Assembly (NCBI GenBank): GCA_021781865.1
Contig: JAJXVZ010000002.1
Coordinates: forward strand, 1-33,522
DNA: 33,522 nt
Reading direction: 5' to 3'
From: a bacterium
GTDB taxonomy: Bacteria; Patescibacteriota; Minisyncoccia; Phycocordibacterales; Phycocordibacteraceae
In this document: positions 8,965-18,664 of the stretch, piece by piece
Layout of the letters: every line of letters begins with the position of its first letter
How positions within the stretch are numbered: the first letter of the stretch is position 1
Made by a program: the position numbers and the translations under genes
Notes under the pieces: generated by a model
Told to the model about the DNA's origin: nothing
The model's database searches: none
What the model saw: only the letters and a program-made list of their open reading frames with translations

Positions 8965-10239
8965 CTACGGTTTTTGTTTCCATGTCTCTTCCTGGCGTAC
9001 GAGCCGTACTGCATCGGAAGGGTCGCCAAGCAATGCTTCAACGATTCGTTCTGTGCGAATCGCTTGAGATCCTTTTATCAATACGACATCACCGATACGA
9101 ACGATATCGACAAGAGCTGCTGCGGCCTCCTGGGAATTACTAAACCATAGTGCTTTATCGTTTTTTAACGTTGCAACGAATGCACGGGCACGAATACCAA
9201 CCGCTACAACCATATCAGCTGAACTGTCTGCAAGCGTACCTATGCGTTCATGCTCCATGACAGAATAACGTCCAAGTTCCAGCATATCGCCAAGAATGGC
9301 AATGCGCCGCTTCGCACGAGGAAATATTTTCAAGGTCGCGAGCGCTTCTTCAACCGCCGCAGGCGAAGAATTGTAGGAGTCATCGATTATAACGGAACCA
9401 TTCTTCCCGGGGAAGATCCGTCCGCGACCAGGTGGTGGTTCGTAATTTTCAAGTGCGGTGAGCGCATCAGAAAGTGGTATTTCGAGTGCATAAGCAGTAG
9501 CAAGAGCTGCAGCTATAGGAAATACTTGTGTCCTGCCAACCGAGCCACGAATAATAAGATCTCGAGTTTCTCCTGAAATACTGACTTTCGCGATCATACC
9601 CATCACCCTTTCTCCTGACTCATAAAAATCAATGTCACTAATATGGACAACGGCATTATTCGAAGTTCCGTATAAAATACTGCGCGCTGGTGTACGCACC
9701 GCACTGTCGAGTGCGTATTGGTCGTCGGATGGAATGATAAGAGGAGCATCCGCGGCAAGCGCATACGCTGGAGAAAATTCTTCTTCTCGTACCGCTTCGG
9801 GTGACGCATATGCCTCGACGTGCACAGGTATTTCAGGCAACCGTGTTATCACAACAACATCTGGCGTTGCAATGCGCAACATTCTAGCGAGGTCACCAGG
9901 TCGGTCCGCTCCTACTTCAAGCACAAGCATATTCGGATAATGATTTGGTAGAAGAAGAAGTCCGAGAGCACTTTTCATAACCGAATACCACGCGAGTGGA
10001 TTACCCCAGGGACTTTTTACGCCAAAAATAGTGAATGGGACGCCGAATTCGCTATTAAAACTCTTTTCACTTTTGCGTACAAGGAATCGTGTGGAGAGTG
10101 CCATGGCAACGGCATCTTTCGTTGATGTCTTCCCAACGGACCCGCTTACCATCACAATGCGCGGTCGATAGCGGTGCACAACGGCACGAGCAAGAAATGC
10201 GAGTTTGAAGACGACAATGGATTTAAAAATTTTCCTCAT
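8965..10239 (-). CDS. murF: UDP-N-acetylmuramoyl-tripeptide--D-alanyl-D-alanine ligase (MurF)
   Basis: It has the Mur ligase P-loop VSGSVGKTSTKD and an NSEFGVPFT motif, matching NNEIGLPLT of MurF. It sits directly downstream of ftsI in a dcw cluster. Confidence 0.75.
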   Translation of the reverse strand: MRKIFKSIVVFKLAFLARAVVHRYRPRIVMVSGSVGKTSTKDAVAMALSTRFLVRKSEKSFNSEFGVPFTIFGVKSPWGNPLAWYSVMKSALGLLLLPNHYPNMLVLEVGADRPGDLARMLRIATPDVVVITRLPEIPVHVEAYASPEAVREEEFSPAYALAADAPLIIPSDDQYALDSAVRTPARSILYGTSNNAVVHISDIDFYESGERVMGMIAKVSISGETRDLIIRGSVGRTQVFPIAAALATAYALEIPLSDALTALENYEPPPGRGRIFPGKNGSVIIDDSYNSSPAAVEEALATLKIFPRAKRRIAILGDMLELGRYSVMEHERIGTLADSSADMVVAVGIRARAFVATLKNDKALWFSNSQEAAAALVDIVRIGDVVLIKGSQAIRTERIVEALLGDPSDAVRLVRQEETWKQKP

Positions 10240-11981
10240 GGAATCGTTGTGGTTGCGACATTGCGATCGGGAGGCACAGCATAATAATTAATGAGAAAAT
10301 GTACTAGGTCAAGCAATGAAGTCGAGAGAGATTGTTCCGCATATATAACATTTTTCGGATCCTCCGTATAGAGAAGGATGATAAATTTTGGATTAAATGA
10401 TGGGAAAAAGGCGACCTCGGAGTTAAAAAACTTATTTTTGTAATAAGTGCCCGTGGGAGTTGGTAATTGCGCTGTACCAGTTTTCGCAGCTACTGACATA
10501 GTGGGAATTTTTGCGGAAATGCCATTTACCTTAAGCGCATTATCCCACAAAGCATCCATCATAACGGTCGTCTCGCGCGCCGCTGCCACTGAAAAAATTC
10601 GAGTGCCACTTCCCCAGTTGATAGGTTGCGAAACTCCTGAATTGAGAATGATACTTGAAACCAGATGAGGTCGTACGAGTATGCCGCCATTCGCTACGGC
10701 AGCAAGTGCACGAACCATTTGTATAGGCGTTACCGCAATCCCTTCACCGAAAGAAGCCGTATCATAATATATCTGTTGCGGCTTTGATAAGTTTGAGAGG
10801 AGCGCATCAGTCTCGTGTGGCAAATCTATGCCTGTTTTTTGTCCAAAAATATTTGTGAAATATTGCCGAAACCGCGACTGACCAAGTTGTTCGGCAACCC
10901 AGGATGCTCCGACGTTTAACGAGTCTTGAATGATGGTCAACATTGGAATAACGCCATATGCTTTAAGGTTCCAATTACATATGCGATCACCGTCAACCCG
11001 GATACAGCCAGTGTCATTGTACGTCGTCTGTGGTGTCACCGCTCCAGCAGTAAGTGCTGATGCCATTGTGATTGGTTTCATTATTGAACCATACTCGAAC
11101 ACGTTCTCAACTAACGGATTTACCAATAATGACGGGTCGAGATTTTGAAGGTCATTAGGATCAAAGGTTGGATATGATGCAATCGCATAGATCGCACCAG
11201 TTTTGGGATCCATGATGACGCCACCCGAGCTTTCACTTGAATATCGCTGATTTACCTTAGTAATATCGTCCTGCAATCGTGTTTGGACTTCGGGTTCGAT
11301 TGTCGTTACAATATCACCTTCGTTCGCATTTTGTGTACTAGAAAGTAAATTATTAGCGTTCGAGAAAAGTTCTGCGAAGAAATTTTTGTGAAGCGCGTCG
11401 CCTGAGCGTGAAAGGACGCTGTTGTACGCCGCTTCAAGACCAGTTTGGCCAGTGGGTGTGCCACCGGATCCATCGGAGACGATGCCTATGGATTGCGCCG
11501 CAAGCGATCCGCCCGGATAATAGCGCCAAGTCTCACGCAATACCTGTACGCCGGGAATGGCGAGAGCGGCAAGTGCACTCCCGTTTGCATTCGAAAGATG
11601 ATATGCGACCTCTATGTACACTTTAGTTTTATCCATGGCGTCGGCAAGAAACGCTGTGTGAGTAACCATTGTCGAAGACGCTATAGAATTTATAGCCACA
11701 TAAGCTGCTTCTGCATTAATAATTTCTTGCGGATCTATCGCGACAAGAAATCCGGTAGCGAGCGTTGCTGCGGAAATTAGTGTGCCATCCTTACGGGTAA
11801 AATAAATGGAACCGCGATCAAAGAGTCCGCTTCCACCCGATGCAAACTGCTGATTTGCCTTCTGCACATATTCCTGTCCATGCACAATCTGAAGAAAATA
11901 CAGACGTGCAAAAATACCTAAAGCAATCAGAATAATGATTGCGAGAACAATACGAATACGTTTACGAAACTGCGCGCGCAT
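10236..11981 (-). CDS. ftsI: Penicillin-binding protein, FtsI-type transpeptidase
   Basis: It has an N-terminal TM anchor and the motifs SIMK (SxxK), SLN (SxN) and KTGTA. It occupies the ftsI position after the ftsL-like gene. Confidence 0.85.
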   Translation of the reverse strand: MRAQFRKRIRIVLAIIILIALGIFARLYFLQIVHGQEYVQKANQQFASGGSGLFDRGSIYFTRKDGTLISAATLATGFLVAIDPQEIINAEAAYVAINSIASSTMVTHTAFLADAMDKTKVYIEVAYHLSNANGSALAALAIPGVQVLRETWRYYPGGSLAAQSIGIVSDGSGGTPTGQTGLEAAYNSVLSRSGDALHKNFFAELFSNANNLLSSTQNANEGDIVTTIEPEVQTRLQDDITKVNQRYSSESSGGVIMDPKTGAIYAIASYPTFDPNDLQNLDPSLLVNPLVENVFEYGSIMKPITMASALTAGAVTPQTTYNDTGCIRVDGDRICNWNLKAYGVIPMLTIIQDSLNVGASWVAEQLGQSRFRQYFTNIFGQKTGIDLPHETDALLSNLSKPQQIYYDTASFGEGIAVTPIQMVRALAAVANGGILVRPHLVSSIILNSGVSQPINWGSGTRIFSVAAARETTVMMDALWDNALKVNGISAKIPTMSVAAKTGTAQLPTPTGTYYKNKFFNSEVAFFPSFNPKFIILLYTEDPKNVIYAEQSLSTSLLDLVHFLINYYAVPPDRNVATTTIP

Positions 11982-11989
11982 GGCTCTTT

Positions 11990-12283
11990 TTAGCGCAATG
12001 CGGTAATGGCCGTTGCTGGAACAAATATTTGGGCAGTTGGTGCCGTGTATCCTTCCGCACTGTAATCTGTATTCGTGATTTTTGCCACCGAAGCAAAATA
12101 TTGCGATTCTAGCGTTGCAACCGCCGCCTCGTCATTCTTAACTGACTGAGAAAATTCAACCGTAAGTGCTGCATAACTCATGACAACGGCCATGAGTCCT
12201 ATATAAGTAACAGAAAGAACACCAACCATGACGTAACAAAGCTGAAGGAGAGAGAACGAAAAATGTTGGCGAAGATTAGACAT
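11990..12283 (-). CDS. Small bitopic membrane protein in the FtsL position of the dcw cluster
   Basis: I trimmed the start to the Met at 12283 (MSNLRQHF...), which gives an ATGTCTAA overlap with the rsmH stop. It has a single TM helix. The longer listed ORF would overlap rsmH by about 180 nt. Confidence 0.55.
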   Translation of the reverse strand: MSNLRQHFSFSLLQLCYVMVGVLSVTYIGLMAVVMSYAALTVEFSQSVKNDEAAVATLESQYFASVAKITNTDYSAEGYTAPTAQIFVPATAITALR

Positions 12284-13232
12284 AAGAGAGCATGTAAGAA
12301 GTTGGATTTGTTGACTCTGCATTTGGCACAGCGGCACTTCGTTCAAATACACGTAATTTCGCGCTACGCGCACGGCGATTCGCGTGAATTTCCGCACGCG
12401 AGGGTATAATCGGTTTTTTTGACACCAATAATCCCGCTCCGGTGTTTGCCGCATCACGTAGCATGGTTTTCACGATACGATCCTCGATGCTGTGGAAAGA
12501 AATAACGGCGAGGCGTCCACCAGGTGCAAGCATGCTGATCGCCGCAGCGAGGCCTTCCTGTAAACTTCCTATTTCATCGTTAACTACAATACGGAGTGCT
12601 TGAAACGTCTTCGTCGCGGGGTGAATTTTCCGTTTCTGATACCAATGTGGCGTACCTGCAATAACCGCAGCGACAAGCGCATTCGTTGTGAGAATTCGTT
12701 CGCGAGCACGCGCTGCAACAATCGAACGCGCAATACTGCGTGCGAAACGTTCTTCGCCATATTTGAAAAGTATGTCGGCAAGCACTGCCTCAGAAGAACT
12801 ATTCACAATATCAGCTGCCGTCTCTCCACCATCTCCATACATCATGAGGAGTGGCTCATCATTTTTAAAAGAAAATCCACGGAATGACGCAATTTGATAG
12901 CCACTCCATCCGAGATCAAAAAGTATTTTATCGACCGGGGCAATTCCGAGGCGCTCAAGAATACGCATAAGGTTACGGAAATTATCATTCACCAAATGAG
13001 CGATGGGACGCCCTGGTCGACGATCAAGAGCATATGCCATACGTCCTCGCTCAACCGCTGCGGAATCAGCATCGATGCCAACGATGACACCCCCCTCGCC
13101 GAGTGCGGCAAGAAGCGAAGCAAAGTGACCTGCTCCACCAATAGTTGCGTCAACAACTGTGTCGCTAGACCGCACCGCAAGCGCGGCGAGCACTTCGTTC
13201 ATAAGCACGCTATCGTGACGGACTTTTTCCAT
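12276..13232 (-). CDS. rsmH: 16S rRNA m4C1402 methyltransferase RsmH (MraW)
   Basis: The sequence HDSVLMNEVL...VDATIGGAGH...DLGWSGYQ...FHSIEDRIVK is typical of RsmH, and the gene follows mraZ. Confidence 0.9.
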   Translation of the reverse strand: MEKVRHDSVLMNEVLAALAVRSSDTVVDATIGGAGHFASLLAALGEGGVIVGIDADSAAVERGRMAYALDRRPGRPIAHLVNDNFRNLMRILERLGIAPVDKILFDLGWSGYQIASFRGFSFKNDEPLLMMYGDGGETAADIVNSSSEAVLADILFKYGEERFARSIARSIVAARARERILTTNALVAAVIAGTPHWYQKRKIHPATKTFQALRIVVNDEIGSLQEGLAAAISMLAPGGRLAVISFHSIEDRIVKTMLRDAANTGAGLLVSKKPIIPSRAEIHANRRARSAKLRVFERSAAVPNAESTNPTSYMLSYV

Positions 13233-13233
13233 A

Positions 13234-13662
13234 TCAATGGATATCGCCTACTTTCTCGGCGAATGCATCAGCATTCCGCTCAATTTCGGAAGTGTATTTT
13301 TTCCACGCACCTTCTTCCCAGATCTCGACTCGATCGGCGACGCCGGCAATTATCGCTTTTTCCTCGATCGATGCGAAAGATTTTAAATGCTCGGGAATCA
13401 GCACGCGGCCCGTCCCGTCAACCTCGACCTCGGACGAACCGGCTAAGAAGAGGCGTGCGAGACCACGCCGTGCCGCACTGCCATTCACCTCTACCGCGTA
13501 GGCCCGTGCTTGTTTCTCCCACTCCTTGCGAGAATACACGTAGAGACAATGATCAAGGCCGCGCGTTACCACAACGACGCGGCCTAGATCCTTTCGGAAT
13601 TTCGAAGGGACCGAAATCCTATTCTTTGAATCAAAAGTGTGTAGGTATTCTCCAAGAAACAT
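13234..13662 (-). CDS. mraZ: Transcriptional regulator MraZ
   Basis: It has MFLGEYLHTFDSKNRISVPSKFR and a second SpoVT/AbrB-like repeat (DGTGRVLIPEHL). It is the first gene of the dcw cluster. Confidence 0.9.
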   Translation of the reverse strand: MFLGEYLHTFDSKNRISVPSKFRKDLGRVVVVTRGLDHCLYVYSRKEWEKQARAYAVEVNGSAARRGLARLFLAGSSEVEVDGTGRVLIPEHLKSFASIEEKAIIAGVADRVEIWEEGAWKKYTSEIERNADAFAEKVGDIH

Positions 13663-13689
13663 AGCGGACGGTTATGTAGTGCGGGAATA

Positions 13690-13760
13690 GGCCACCATTC
13701 CAATTTCCCACTCTATATAACCATTATTGGATTATATACCACTTTCTCCCACATTATTAT
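13690..13760 (-). promoter_or_regulatory. Putative mraZ promoter with MraZ-box-like GTGG repeats
   Basis: On the minus strand, GTGGGagaaaGTGGT (13752-13738) abuts a perfect TATAAT (13736-13731). More GTGGG/GTGGC copies lie at 13711-13691. The -35 is weak. Confidence 0.4.
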
Positions 13761-14238
13761 ATGAAGTTATCCACACTGTAGTTCCCAGGGCATCTCCTAT
13801 ACCCTATTGATCCAGGTCCTGCAAATATCGGGGAAAAATTGGCTTGAGAACTTACTTCCATTGTTGGTCTGTATCTGCTTACTGACGAAGGACAGAGAGC
13901 TTCCTGCACCTGTGAAATGGAGTCTTATGGCGCTTTTGACCGAGTTGTGGTTCATAGATGCGCAGCATGACAAGGGCTTGTTGCATGTTCTGCGGATACT
14001 GTTTACCAAGCGATTTAATCTGTTACATCCTTGGAGAACCAGCGGTATATCTTGTGCTGCTAAAACGGTTCCTTTCCCAAGGAGAGGTATCGGTGGTACC
14101 GGAGATTCCCGAGACATGCACGCGACCAGAGAGTGTCTTTATTATCGCGTATAAGAAATGTTTTTCCATTTCGATGGTGATGGATATTTCGTATCTCGAC
14201 GGCTATGCGATCCACCCACCACGTGGGGTTTTATTATG

Positions 14239-14712
14239 TTACGATACCTTCTCGATTGTATACGTTTGTTTACCAGATGGCGTCTCAAAAGTAAAAATAT
14301 CACCCTTCTTCTTCCCCATAAGTGCTGCGCCGAGTGGTGAGACGTGCGAGAGCTTCTTCACGCGCATGTCGGCTTCTTCACTACCGACGATGGTATATTC
14401 GTGTGCGGTAGGATCCCCTTCCTTCTTGATTGATACTTTCGAATTGAAACTAATTTCACTCTTCTTTTTCCCGTCAGTGAAAATTTTTGTATATTTCACG
14501 AGTTCTTCGAGCTTCTTGACACGTTCTTCTGTTGCGGCCTGCAAATCACGCGCTTCCTGATATTCAGCGTTCTCTGAAAGATCACCGAGCGAGCGAGCAT
14601 ATTCGAGGTTCTTTGCAATCTCAGTACGACGCACTGTTTTTAAGTGCTCTAATTCTTTGACCATTTCGTCAAACTTCTCCTGCGAGACGAATGTTTCTTT
14701 TGCATTAATCAT
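14239..14712 (-). CDS. greA: Transcription elongation factor GreA
   Basis: It has the N-terminal coiled-coil region (LEHLKTVRRTEIAKNLEYARSLGDLSENAEYQEA) and a C-terminal FKBP-like domain (VSPLGAALMGKKKGD). Confidence 0.9.
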   Translation of the reverse strand: MINAKETFVSQEKFDEMVKELEHLKTVRRTEIAKNLEYARSLGDLSENAEYQEARDLQAATEERVKKLEELVKYTKIFTDGKKKSEISFNSKVSIKKEGDPTAHEYTIVGSEEADMRVKKLSHVSPLGAALMGKKKGDIFTFETPSGKQTYTIEKVS

Positions 14713-14755
14713 GTTTTAGAAGAGACTCGGCTAAGTGATGCGGTTGGTATGAATC

Positions 14756-14785
14756 ATTGTACGTGAATACTACCCTAGAATGCAA
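14756..14785 (-). promoter_or_regulatory. Putative sigma70-type promoter for greA
   Basis: On the minus strand, TTGCAT (14785-14780) is followed by an 18-nt spacer and TACAAT (14761-14756), about 45 nt upstream of the greA ATG. Confidence 0.4.
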
Positions 14786-14866
14786 TAGCATGCCCTGCCG
14801 ATCTAGATGAAATGCAAGAGGAGTAGTGGAGTATGCCCTACTGATAGACGTCAGCGCTAATTAGCA

Positions 14867-16549
14867 TTATGGTGTACTGGTTGCCGTGCCACCAACGTAA
14901 GGAGAATTCTCCGCATGCAATGCATCAAAAAGTTGTTGCATGACGTTTACGGATTCTTCACCCGCGCCCGAAGGTCCGCGTTCAAGCACAACCGCGAAAG
15001 CATATTGCGGATTATCAAAAGGGAAAAATCCTTCGGCCCAGGAATTATCATATTGATTATTTGCACCGACTTGCGCGGTACCAGTCTTCGCTGCTACTGC
15101 TAGGTAAGATAGATTAATCGCGTGAGCGAGAGCACTCGTTACACCGTCACGCATTCCCGCACGCACGACGGAAAGTAAGCTGGCGTTGACAGGTACTGTC
15201 GTGTATACGGGCGCTTCTCCTGCAAGTAGGGTTGGTGTAAAGAGTTTGCCACCATTCGCTAGCGCGGCAGTTGCACGCGCCATTTGTATCGGTGTTACCT
15301 GTACCGCGTACTGTCCGATGGAAGTATCGTATGTATTACCAAGATACCAGGGTTCGTGAAAAACCTCTTGCTTCCATGCAGGGGTCGGAATAATTCCGCT
15401 CGCCTCGTTCGGCAAATCGATGCCAGTCGAACTCCCAAAACCGAACTGGTGATACCAGTAATCGAGTCGATCGATACCAAGACCCTTCTGGCTACCGAAA
15501 CCACCGCCCACTGTGTAAAAAAATATGTCCGATGACCATGCGATTGCCTTTTCCACATTGACCGGACCGAGCGCCCTCCAACCCTTAAAGATAAAGGACT
15601 TGTTCGGATTATATGGATCTGGGATTGAAAGGAAACCTTTATCATCAATAATTGTATTTGGCGTAATGATTCCATCCGTGAGTGCGCCAGAAGCAATAAA
15701 CGGTTTTACAATGGAGCCGGGTGTATAACCCTGTATTGCATGATCAAGGAACGAATCGCCTGGACTGCTGTTATAAAGCGCAATAGTACTCGCTGGACCA
15801 CCACTTGCCATAACATTCGAGTCGTAGCTCGGATATGAGACGATTGCACGCACGGCCCCCGTGTGAACGTCCATTATGACGCCTCCTCCAGCGAGGAAAT
15901 GCTGATTGGTGGCAACATTTACAAGTGCCTGTGCGAAAAGTTGCTCGAGGTTTGCGTCAATCGTTAATTGAAGATTGCTTCCGTCCCTTGCTGGAACAAC
16001 AATGCCTTGAGAACGAACTTTGCCAAGCGCATCCACCTCAGTAAGCAACTCCCCGTTCTTCCCCGCAAGGAGCGAATTATACTCAGCCTCAAGTCCGGTA
16101 ACACCCGTTTCTTTCGTGTCATAATAGACGCCTTTTGCATCCTTCTTCGGATATGAAACATACCCGATAATCTGACTCAAGGAAGGAACCGAGTAACTCC
16201 TCACAACACTGCCATCTGGTTCCGCAACATTATTGGCAAGTACAACGCCATGCATGTCAGTAATAATTCCGCGCGATGCAAAAATTGTCGTAGCTACAAG
16301 ACTGTTGTGTGCACTCTCAGCCGCAAAAGCGGCGCCATTAATTATTTCGAGATTCCATGCACGGGCGACGAGAATAACAATGAGAATTGCGAGTACGAAC
16401 GAGAGTGAGAAGAACGTCCTTTGCGGAAGAGGTTTTTCAAGCCGTCCTTCAAAACGTGCGTGATCGAAAGCGGGCGCATTTGACGCATCGAGAAATATTT
16501 CATCCAGAGTTATTTCAATATTTTTTCGCCGTTTACGTCGCCACATCAT
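14867..16549 (-). CDS. mrdA: Penicillin-binding protein 2 (elongasome transpeptidase)
   Basis: It has a TM anchor and the motifs SIVK (SxxK) and KTGTAQ. It lies immediately downstream of mreBCD. Confidence 0.85.
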   Translation of the reverse strand: MMWRRKRRKNIEITLDEIFLDASNAPAFDHARFEGRLEKPLPQRTFFSLSFVLAILIVILVARAWNLEIINGAAFAAESAHNSLVATTIFASRGIITDMHGVVLANNVAEPDGSVVRSYSVPSLSQIIGYVSYPKKDAKGVYYDTKETGVTGLEAEYNSLLAGKNGELLTEVDALGKVRSQGIVVPARDGSNLQLTIDANLEQLFAQALVNVATNQHFLAGGGVIMDVHTGAVRAIVSYPSYDSNVMASGGPASTIALYNSSPGDSFLDHAIQGYTPGSIVKPFIASGALTDGIITPNTIIDDKGFLSIPDPYNPNKSFIFKGWRALGPVNVEKAIAWSSDIFFYTVGGGFGSQKGLGIDRLDYWYHQFGFGSSTGIDLPNEASGIIPTPAWKQEVFHEPWYLGNTYDTSIGQYAVQVTPIQMARATAALANGGKLFTPTLLAGEAPVYTTVPVNASLLSVVRAGMRDGVTSALAHAINLSYLAVAAKTGTAQVGANNQYDNSWAEGFFPFDNPQYAFAVVLERGPSGAGEESVNVMQQLFDALHAENSPYVGGTATSTP

Positions 16550-16800
16550 CTCTTGATGATACCCGTCCTAACTCGACTACGCACGGAAAACGCTATAAGG
16601 GTCACGATGGCGCCAGTTATCGCAAAAAATGGAGGAATTCCTGTAGACGGTGTGTAATAAAGCGTATCGAGGAATATGCCGCTCGCAAACGGTAAGAACG
16701 GCTCAATGGGTGAAGAAACAAGCGCGAGAAATGCCGTAAAGGGCCACGGGAAAAATATCGCAGAAATAAGAGCAGAACAAGTGAGTATTCCCCGAATCAT
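16546..16800 (-). CDS. mreD: Rod shape-determining protein MreD-like membrane protein
   Basis: I trimmed the start to the Met at 16800 (MIRGILTC...), which makes an ATGA overlap with the mreC stop. The protein is polytopic and hydrophobic. The call rests on synteny. Confidence 0.6.
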   Translation of the reverse strand: MIRGILTCSALISAIFFPWPFTAFLALVSSPIEPFLPFASGIFLDTLYYTPSTGIPPFFAITGAIVTLIAFSVRSRVRTGIIKR

Positions 16801-17639
16801 GGCAAGGTCGAGGTTGCTTGCGAAAGTGCATTGAGTAGCGCTGTACTCACACCGCGCACAGTGACCCATGAGACTGAGAATAGATCGAGTGCTGGTGTGA
16901 TACGGAGCGTAACCGCTGATGATGTCGGATTGCTGTCGATACGAGTAACTTTGCCGATTGGAAACATTCCTGGACCAGGACCAAATATGATGTCACCAAC
17001 AGCGATGCTCGCGGAGCGGGGGAGTTTCGCATTCATGGTACCGGCACCAGAACCCGTAATAGTAAGCGGTATATCCGTAGGGCCAGCCCAACCAGCAATC
17101 CTGACACCCGGCGAAGAAAAGAGTGTTGCGCGAGAAAAATCTGAAAAAACCGTAGAAATGACACCAATTGGAACATCGCCTGCGCCGAACACTTCCTGCC
17201 CGAGCGCAACACCTGCCTGAGCGCCCGCAGCAAGCACAAGAGTGTCATACGGTGTTTCAGGTGGGCGGGCGACAACACCCGCGAGAATTTCAGATGGCAT
17301 GTTTTTCTCAGAAGTGGGAGATCCGAGTAGCGCTTCAAGGCTGGCGTCTTTCTGGAGTAACGCTTGGTTCTCGTTTGCGAGCGCCGTATTTTCGTTCACT
17401 AAACTCTCGTTCTGTAAGGAAAGCTTTGTATTATTCCCAAAACCAGAGAAGAACGCGTGACTTTCAGCTGCGAGTGAATCCGCGCTATGGAATAGCGGCG
17501 CTAACATTTGCCAAAAAAGATTTGGTGCAAAAAATCGCACTAGAAAAAGAAGTGCAACGACGATAAGCGCAAAACCGCTCCACGGAATTTTCGCAGACGA
17601 TAGGAACGCGTTACGTTTCGCTAAGAATGTCTTCTTCAT
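16797..17639 (-). CDS. mreC: Rod shape-determining protein MreC
   Basis: It has an N-terminal TM helix, a coiled-coil (NESLVNENTALANENQALLQ) and a beta-barrel C-terminal part. It lies between mreB and mreD. Confidence 0.8.
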   Translation of the reverse strand: MKKTFLAKRNAFLSSAKIPWSGFALIVVALLFLVRFFAPNLFWQMLAPLFHSADSLAAESHAFFSGFGNNTKLSLQNESLVNENTALANENQALLQKDASLEALLGSPTSEKNMPSEILAGVVARPPETPYDTLVLAAGAQAGVALGQEVFGAGDVPIGVISTVFSDFSRATLFSSPGVRIAGWAGPTDIPLTITGSGAGTMNAKLPRSASIAVGDIIFGPGPGMFPIGKVTRIDSNPTSSAVTLRITPALDLFSVSWVTVRGVSTALLNALSQATSTLP

Positions 17640-18663
17640 CGATAAAAAAATCTGTGTAGGACACTGGGTCCTCGGTCACAATACCTGCACCACGTACTAC
17701 CGTGGTAAGCGGCTCCGGCGCGATCCGCACGGGCACCCCGAGCATTTTTGCAAGTACTTGCGGCAATCCTCGTAAAAGTGCACCGCCACCGAAAACGATT
17801 ACACCACGTTCAAGCACGTCGGAAAGAAGTTCGGGCGGTGTCGCTTCAATAACCTCTTTCATTGTATCCATGAGTATTTCGAGAGATGGTGTAATAGCTT
17901 CACGAACGTGCGCATCAGTAAGTGCTATCTCACGCGGTAATCCAGTTGCGAAATCACGACCACGCACATTTCGCGAGAGTGTTTCAGTAAGAGGCACAAC
18001 CGCACCAATCCCTATTTTGACGTCCTCGGCAGTCCGTTCGCCGATACCAAGCTTGAATTCGCTACGAACATAATCAATGATGTTCTCATTGAAACGATCT
18101 CCAGCAACATGCGAACTCTTCGCGGCAACGACACCCTTAAGCGCGATAACAGCGATGTCGGTCGTACCGCCCCCAATGTCGAGTACCATCGTACCAATAG
18201 CTTCAGTAATTGGTAATTTCGCGCCGATGGCACCCGCAACAGCTTCTTCGATGATAATCGCTTCGCGTGCACCCGCATTCTTTGCCGCATCACGAACTGC
18301 ACGACTCTGTACGTTGGTTACCCCCGTTGGCACGCCGATTACAACGCGTGGACCAAACATTCGTGCGTGTCCATTTTGGGCTTTATTGATGAGATATGTA
18401 AGAAGTTCTTCAGTTACCTCGAAATCGGAAATGACGCCATGTGAAAGCGGGCGAACAGTACGAATATGAGAGGGTGTTTTGCCGATCATTGTTTTCGCCT
18501 CCTTCCCTACCGCAACAACCTGGTGAGTCTTATCGTTAACCGCTACCACTGATGGTTCATTGAGAACCACGCCACGGCCACGAACATAGACAAGTGTATT
18601 TGCCGTCCCGAGATCAATCGCGATGTCATTGCTGAAGATTAAATTTTTTGAAAATCGTGCCAT
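17611..18663 (-). CDS. mreB: Rod shape-determining protein MreB
   Basis: Actin-fold motifs DIAIDLGTANTLVY, VVIGVPTGVT, DIGGGTTDIAV and VFGGGALLRGL are present. I placed the start at the Met at 18663, just after the proS stop. Confidence 0.9.
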   Translation of the reverse strand: MARFSKNLIFSNDIAIDLGTANTLVYVRGRGVVLNEPSVVAVNDKTHQVVAVGKEAKTMIGKTPSHIRTVRPLSHGVISDFEVTEELLTYLINKAQNGHARMFGPRVVIGVPTGVTNVQSRAVRDAAKNAGAREAIIIEEAVAGAIGAKLPITEAIGTMVLDIGGGTTDIAVIALKGVVAAKSSHVAGDRFNENIIDYVRSEFKLGIGERTAEDVKIGIGAVVPLTETLSRNVRGRDFATGLPREIALTDAHVREAITPSLEILMDTMKEVIEATPPELLSDVLERGVIVFGGGALLRGLPQVLAKMLGVPVRIAPEPLTTVVRGAGIVTEDPVSYTDFFIDEEDILSET

Positions 18664-18664
18664 A

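Noticed and set aside
12894-13664. 256-aa plus-strand ORF across rsmH and mraZ
   Set aside because: It is antisense to two strongly supported dcw genes, and its Arg/Ser/Pro-rich composition is typical of shadow frames.
13761-14238. RNase P RNA, tmRNA or SRP RNA in the greA-mraZ gap
   Set aside because: I found no GGAAAGUCC / ACAGAA-CCGGCUUA P4 pair, no tRNA-like GGTTCGAA 3' end, and no SRP domain IV GGAA-AGCAGCC motif on either strand. I keep it only as an unclassified structured-RNA candidate.
13958-14560. 200-aa plus-strand ORF spanning the non-coding gap and greA
   Set aside because: Its 3' two-thirds are antisense to greA. The remainder has no coding-like features or RBS.
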